DNA of 64,000 bases from Bilabrum cf. latius (taxonomy: Eukaryota): positions 620,001 through 684,000 of the forward strand of contig OZ237761.1 in assembly GCA_965178125.1 (NCBI GenBank). The letters are read 5' to 3'. Every line of letters begins with the position of its first letter. Positions within the stretch are counted from its first letter, which is position 1. Position numbers and translations under genes: made by a program. The notes under the pieces were generated by a model that saw only the letters and a program-made list of their open reading frames with translations, was not told the origin of the DNA and searched no databases. This document shows positions 63,562 through 64,000 of the stretch, piece after piece.

Positions 63562-64000
63562 GGTTTTCATCTCGCACCGGAGCGCGATGGCGCTGGGGCA
63601 TCATGCCGCTGCAGGCCGGCCGCTGGCATGCTGTCCACGTGCCTCGGTACACAGGTGGGGGTCGATTCAAGTCAGGGTCTTGGCGAGCTTCGCGCTGGGA
63701 GGGGCGAGCACGGTCTTCCATGCCTTGCGGCTGGCTTCGATGGCGCGATCGTGGTCGCCCTCCGCGCTCGCCAGCATGGCGAGCGCCTGCTCGGCCCACC
63801 CGTGCGCTCCTCGCCGCATGGCCCGGTCCATGCCGTAGGACTACAGGCAGTGCAGGCTGCAATCGAGCTTGCCAACTCTTGTCACCAGTGCGGAGGCTCC
63901 GCGAACCAAGGGTGCCCCAGTGGCCTCGCAACGGACCAGCGCAATCTGCGTGATGGGGCAGTAGTGCATAATGGCAAGCAAGCGGCAGGCGGCCGCTGCA

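Noticed and set aside
1-64000. In-frame TAGs as pseudogenisation, C-to-T hypermutation (CAG to TAG) or sequencing error
   Set aside because: No matching internal TAA, TGA or frameshifts in the frames read, even in AT-rich genes. Essential Pol alpha is affected while CAG stays abundant. Not formally excluded without reads.
1-64000. Suppressor tRNA-Gln(CUA) or eRF1 gene in the window
   Set aside because: None recognised by eye; needs tRNAscan-SE and a genome-wide search.

Overview
Eukaryotic (protist) genomic window with three nested layers. (1) 1-~22792 is an AT-rich endogenous virophage (mavirus/EMALE-like). Its left end lies outside the window. It carries the ATPase-protease-penton-MCP module, an rve integrase with chromodomains and a DUF285-type repeat protein. 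(2) 1981-8630 is a GC-rich Ngaro-type tyrosine-recombinase retrotransposon with A1-ORFs-B1-A2-B2 split direct repeats, inserted into a virophage zinc-finger gene. (3) ~22793-64000 is GC-rich, intron-poor host DNA: a hemerythrin-domain gene apparently cut by the virophage, plus tuberin/TSC2-like, myotubularin-like, Mis18-like, DNA polymerase alpha, CaMKK-like kinase and orphan genes. The architecture resembles that described for Cafeteria (Bicosoecida), but the organism cannot be proven from sequence alone. Main observation: host, virophage and retrotransposon genes are all broken by in-frame TAG, and by no TAA/TGA in the frames I read. TAG falls on conserved Gln positions. The data fit a nuclear code with UAG=Gln and UAA/UGA=stop (table-15-like), shared by the host and both parasites. 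CDS coordinates below assume TAG=Gln and were read by eye.
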